Shown: positions 17,010 to 19,254 of the stretch, one piece after another
Layout of the letters: each line of letters opens with the position of its first letter
Position numbering within the stretch: position 1 is the stretch's first letter
DNA from: Tubiluchus corallicola
Lineage: Eukaryota; Animalia; Priapulida
Length of the DNA stretch: 19,254 nucleotides
NCBI GenBank assembly: GCA_030141605.1
Contig: JAQGDQ010002488.1
Coordinates: 1-19,254 of the forward strand
Direction: 5' to 3'
Notes under the pieces: generated by a model
The model's input: only the letters and a program-made list of their open reading frames with translations
Databases searched by the model: none
What the model was told of the DNA's origin: nothing
Position numbers and translations under genes: made by a program

Positions 17010-18440
17010 ATGTTTCTGAAAACATCACATTGGTATTTAATAAAATCGTACTTAGGACCTCTTATTCTTACCTTTTTTATAGCCATATTTATTCTTCTTA
17101 TGCAATTTCTATGGAGGTATATAGACGACCTTATAGGCAAAGGGCTAGATTGGGAAATAATTGCAAGGCTCATTTTATATGCTTCGGGTAGTTTTGTTAC
17201 TTTGGCACTTCCACTTGCTGTATTATTGTCCTCCATAATGGTATTTGGAAATATGGGAGAACACTTTGAGCTCATTGCCTTTAAATCAGCAGGGGTATCT
17301 TTGTATCGGATAATGAAGCCACTTATAGTGCTTGTAGTTTTTCTGAGTATAGGAACGTATTTTTATGCCAACTACACAATGCCTGTGATGCACCTCAAAT
17401 TCATCTCATTGCTCTATGATATTAGAAAACAAAAGGTGGATATGGATATAAGACCTGGCATATTTAGCCCTTTCTTAGATGATTACGTTATAAAAACTGG
17501 CAATAAAAATCAAAAAACCGAAGTTTTGGAGGATATGATTATATATGATCATAGCAAAAAGAAAGGAAACACTAATGTAACGGTTGCAAAAACAGCAACA
17601 ATGAAAATCAATAAGCAAGAAACTTTTTTTATATTAACCCTAAATGAAGGAAAAACTTATAAAGAAGACAAGGATGTTAAGGGAAAAAAGATAGCCCCTA
17701 TACAAGTAGAAAATTTTAAAAAGAAGGTGATAAAAATTCCATTAGATGGGCTACAATTGAATAGAACAGATGAAAAGCTATTCAAAAACAATGCCTCTAT
17801 GATGAATGCGAGACAGTTACGAGAAAAGGTGAAAGAACAAAGAAAAAACTTAGACAAGAAACAAAACAACTATCGTATTTCATTGAAAAATGGTCATTTA
17901 TACGTTCCTAAGAAACAAAAGGATAAAGATGAAGAAATAAAAATACTCAATACAGATAGCCTATATCAGATTCTTAGTAAAGAAAAAAGACAACGAAGCA
18001 TAGCTGCATCTATACAGCAAGTAAGGAATAATCAAAAGGATGCTTTATCACAGGGGAAAACCATAGAGTCGAATCAAAAGCTAATAGCCAAGTACCAGAT
18101 GGAGTGGCATAAGAAATTTGCTTTGTCATTCACTTGTCTTGTATTCTTTTTTATAGGAGCGCCCTTTGGTGCCATCATTAGAAAAGGGGGGCTTGGAATG
18201 CCACTTGTAATAGCAATAATGCTATTTCTTGTATATTACATTATATCCGTTTCGGGAGAAAAAATGGCAAAAGAACTGGAAGTGTCTGTGTATAAGGCAA
18301 TATGGGCTTCTTCAATCATATTATTTCCGTTAGGGATATTCCTCACCTACAAAGCAGCTAAAGATTCTACCATACTTAATATGGATGTTTATATTTTGTT
18401 CTATAAAAGAATAAAGAGATATTTCATTAAAGGAGAATAG
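17010..18440 (+). CDS. LptF/LptG-family LPS export permease (start revised from 16941 to ATG 17010)
   Basis: MQFLWRYIDDLIGKGL, LALPLAVLLSSIMVFGNMGEHFELIAFKSAGVSL and HKKFALSFTCLVFFFIGAPFGAIIRKGG; 3+3 TM layout around a large periplasmic domain. ATG 17010 avoids overlap with the upstream gene. Confidence 0.92.
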   Translation: MFLKTSHWYLIKSYLGPLILTFFIAIFILLMQFLWRYIDDLIGKGLDWEIIARLILYASGSFVTLALPLAVLLSSIMVFGNMGEHFELIAFKSAGVSLYRIMKPLIVLVVFLSIGTYFYANYTMPVMHLKFISLLYDIRKQKVDMDIRPGIFSPFLDDYVIKTGNKNQKTEVLEDMIIYDHSKKKGNTNVTVAKTATMKINKQETFFILTLNEGKTYKEDKDVKGKKIAPIQVENFKKKVIKIPLDGLQLNRTDEKLFKNNASMMNARQLREKVKEQRKNLDKKQNNYRISLKNGHLYVPKKQKDKDEEIKILNTDSLYQILSKEKRQRSIAASIQQVRNNQKDALSQGKTIESNQKLIAKYQMEWHKKFALSFTCLVFFFIGAPFGAIIRKGGLGMPLVIAIMLFLVYYIISVSGEKMAKELEVSVYKAIWASSIILFPLGIFLTYKAAKDSTILNMDVYILFYKRIKRYFIKGE

Positions 18441-18466
18441 AAAATAACTGCCTGAAAGTAGAGTAT

Positions 18467-18500
18467 AGTCTCACTTGTATTTTACATATGAGATTTTGTT
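18467..18500 (+). terminator. Possible intrinsic terminator after lptF/G
   Basis: Interrupted hairpin AGTCTCA-ct-TGTA-ttt-TACA-ta-TGAGATT followed by a T-rich tract, starting 26 nt after the stop; the stem is weak. Confidence 0.35.
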
Positions 18501-18602
18501 CTTATTTATAATTACAAAAACATTATCTTTATCTTTTAAAATCACACCTTTAACCTTTACCTAAAATAATAGTTAGATTTTAAACCTTTTGAAAAAACTT
18601 AG

Positions 18603-19254
18603 GTGAAGAAATTTCAGACTTATGTACAGCACGATGCGGTGGACTGTGGACCTACTTGCCTTAGAATGATTGCCAAATACTATGGCAAAACTTACACACT
18701 ACAAACACTTAGAGAGCGAAGCCATCTTACACGAGAAGGGGTGTCGTTGTTGGATCTTTCGGAAGCAGCAGAAAGTATAGGTTTTCGCACTATGGCGGTG
18801 AAAATTCCTTTTGCACGTTTGCAAAGCGATGCTCCATTGCCTTGTGTTGCTCATTGGAAGCAAAATCATTTTGTAGTAGTTTATAAGATAAAAAAAGACA
18901 AGGTATATGTGGCCGACCCTGCTTCTGGGCTTATTACATACAGCCAGCAGGAATTTATGCGTTATTGGGCTTCTTCACAACAACGCGGCATACTTGAAGG
19001 TATTTGTTTGGTGATGGAGCCTACAAAAGATTTTTACGAAACGGACGATGAAATAAAACAGCGAAATTCTCTTAGTTTTCTTTCTACTTATTTGAAGCCT
19101 CACAAGAAACTGTTTATACAACTTATTATAGGCTTGATAGCAGGTAGCTTGTTGCAGCTAATATTTCCATTTCTCACACAGTCTATTGTAGATATTGGTA
19201 TTGTAACACATGATATTGGTTTTATTTACCTTGTACTTATTGCCCAACTTACTC
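18603..19254 (+). CDS. Peptidase-domain-containing ABC transporter (C39 PCAT), 5' part only; truncated by the window end and absent from the ORF track
   Basis: Manual translation from GTG 18603 (in-frame TAG at 18600-18602): MKKFQTYVQHDAVDCGPTCLRMIAKYYGK...LPCVAHWKQNHFVVVY...VYVADPA...LLQLIFPFLTQSIVDIGI. C39 residues Q9, C15, H89 and D105 are present, followed by the start of the ABC membrane domain; the frame is open to the end of the window. Confidence 0.95.
   Translation, partial: MKKFQTYVQHDAVDCGPTCLRMIAKYYGKTYTLQTLRERSHLTREGVSLLDLSEAAESIGFRTMAVKIPFARLQSDAPLPCVAHWKQNHFVVVYKIKKDKVYVADPASGLITYSQQEFMRYWASSQQRGILEGICLVMEPTKDFYETDDEIKQRNSLSFLSTYLKPHKKLFIQLIIGLIAGSLLQLIFPFLTQSIVDIGIVTHDIGFIYLVLIAQLT

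Noticed and set aside
1004-17869. Numerous 60-101 aa minus-strand ORFs (e.g. 1004-1216, 2071-2331, 2264-2521, 3865-4170, 9001-9255, 17003-17275)
   Set aside because: All overlap well-supported genes on the opposite strand and lack recognisable motifs.
1-19254. tRNA, rRNA, riboswitch or CRISPR array
   Set aside because: All intergenic gaps are 162 nt or shorter, AT-rich, and show no cloverleaf, repeat-spacer or recognisable aptamer pattern; an Infernal/Rfam scan would be needed to exclude small RNAs formally.

Overview
AT-rich bacterial chromosomal segment, almost certainly Bacteroidota (TAnnTTTG promoter motifs, no obvious Shine-Dalgarno sites, phylum-typical DUF4837, START-like and pRiA4b-like genes). 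It is mostly core cell-envelope and housekeeping genes. On the + strand: tatC, a MOP/Wzx-like flippase, an SLC13/TrkA-C permease, an M23 peptidase, dxr, rseP, tatA, an MltD-like lytic transglycosylase, a DUF4837 lipoprotein, a PpiD/SurA-like chaperone, a pRiA4b ORF3-like protein and a small membrane protein. These converge on a minus-strand S41 protease and a lone 2-oxoacid dehydrogenase E2. After that come a START-like protein, an LptF/G permease and the 5' end of a C39-peptidase ABC transporter (PCAT) that the ORF track misses and that runs off the window. I saw no rRNA, tRNA, CRISPR array or mobile element, and no clearly new system can be demonstrated from this window alone. The best leads are the PCAT (possible start of a peptide/RiPP export locus), the anomalous 5' end of tatC, a marked G/C-skew change across the window, and the co-location of peptidoglycan hydrolases with a Prc-like protease and an uncharacterised lipoprotein. 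All family calls come from motif recognition, not database searches.
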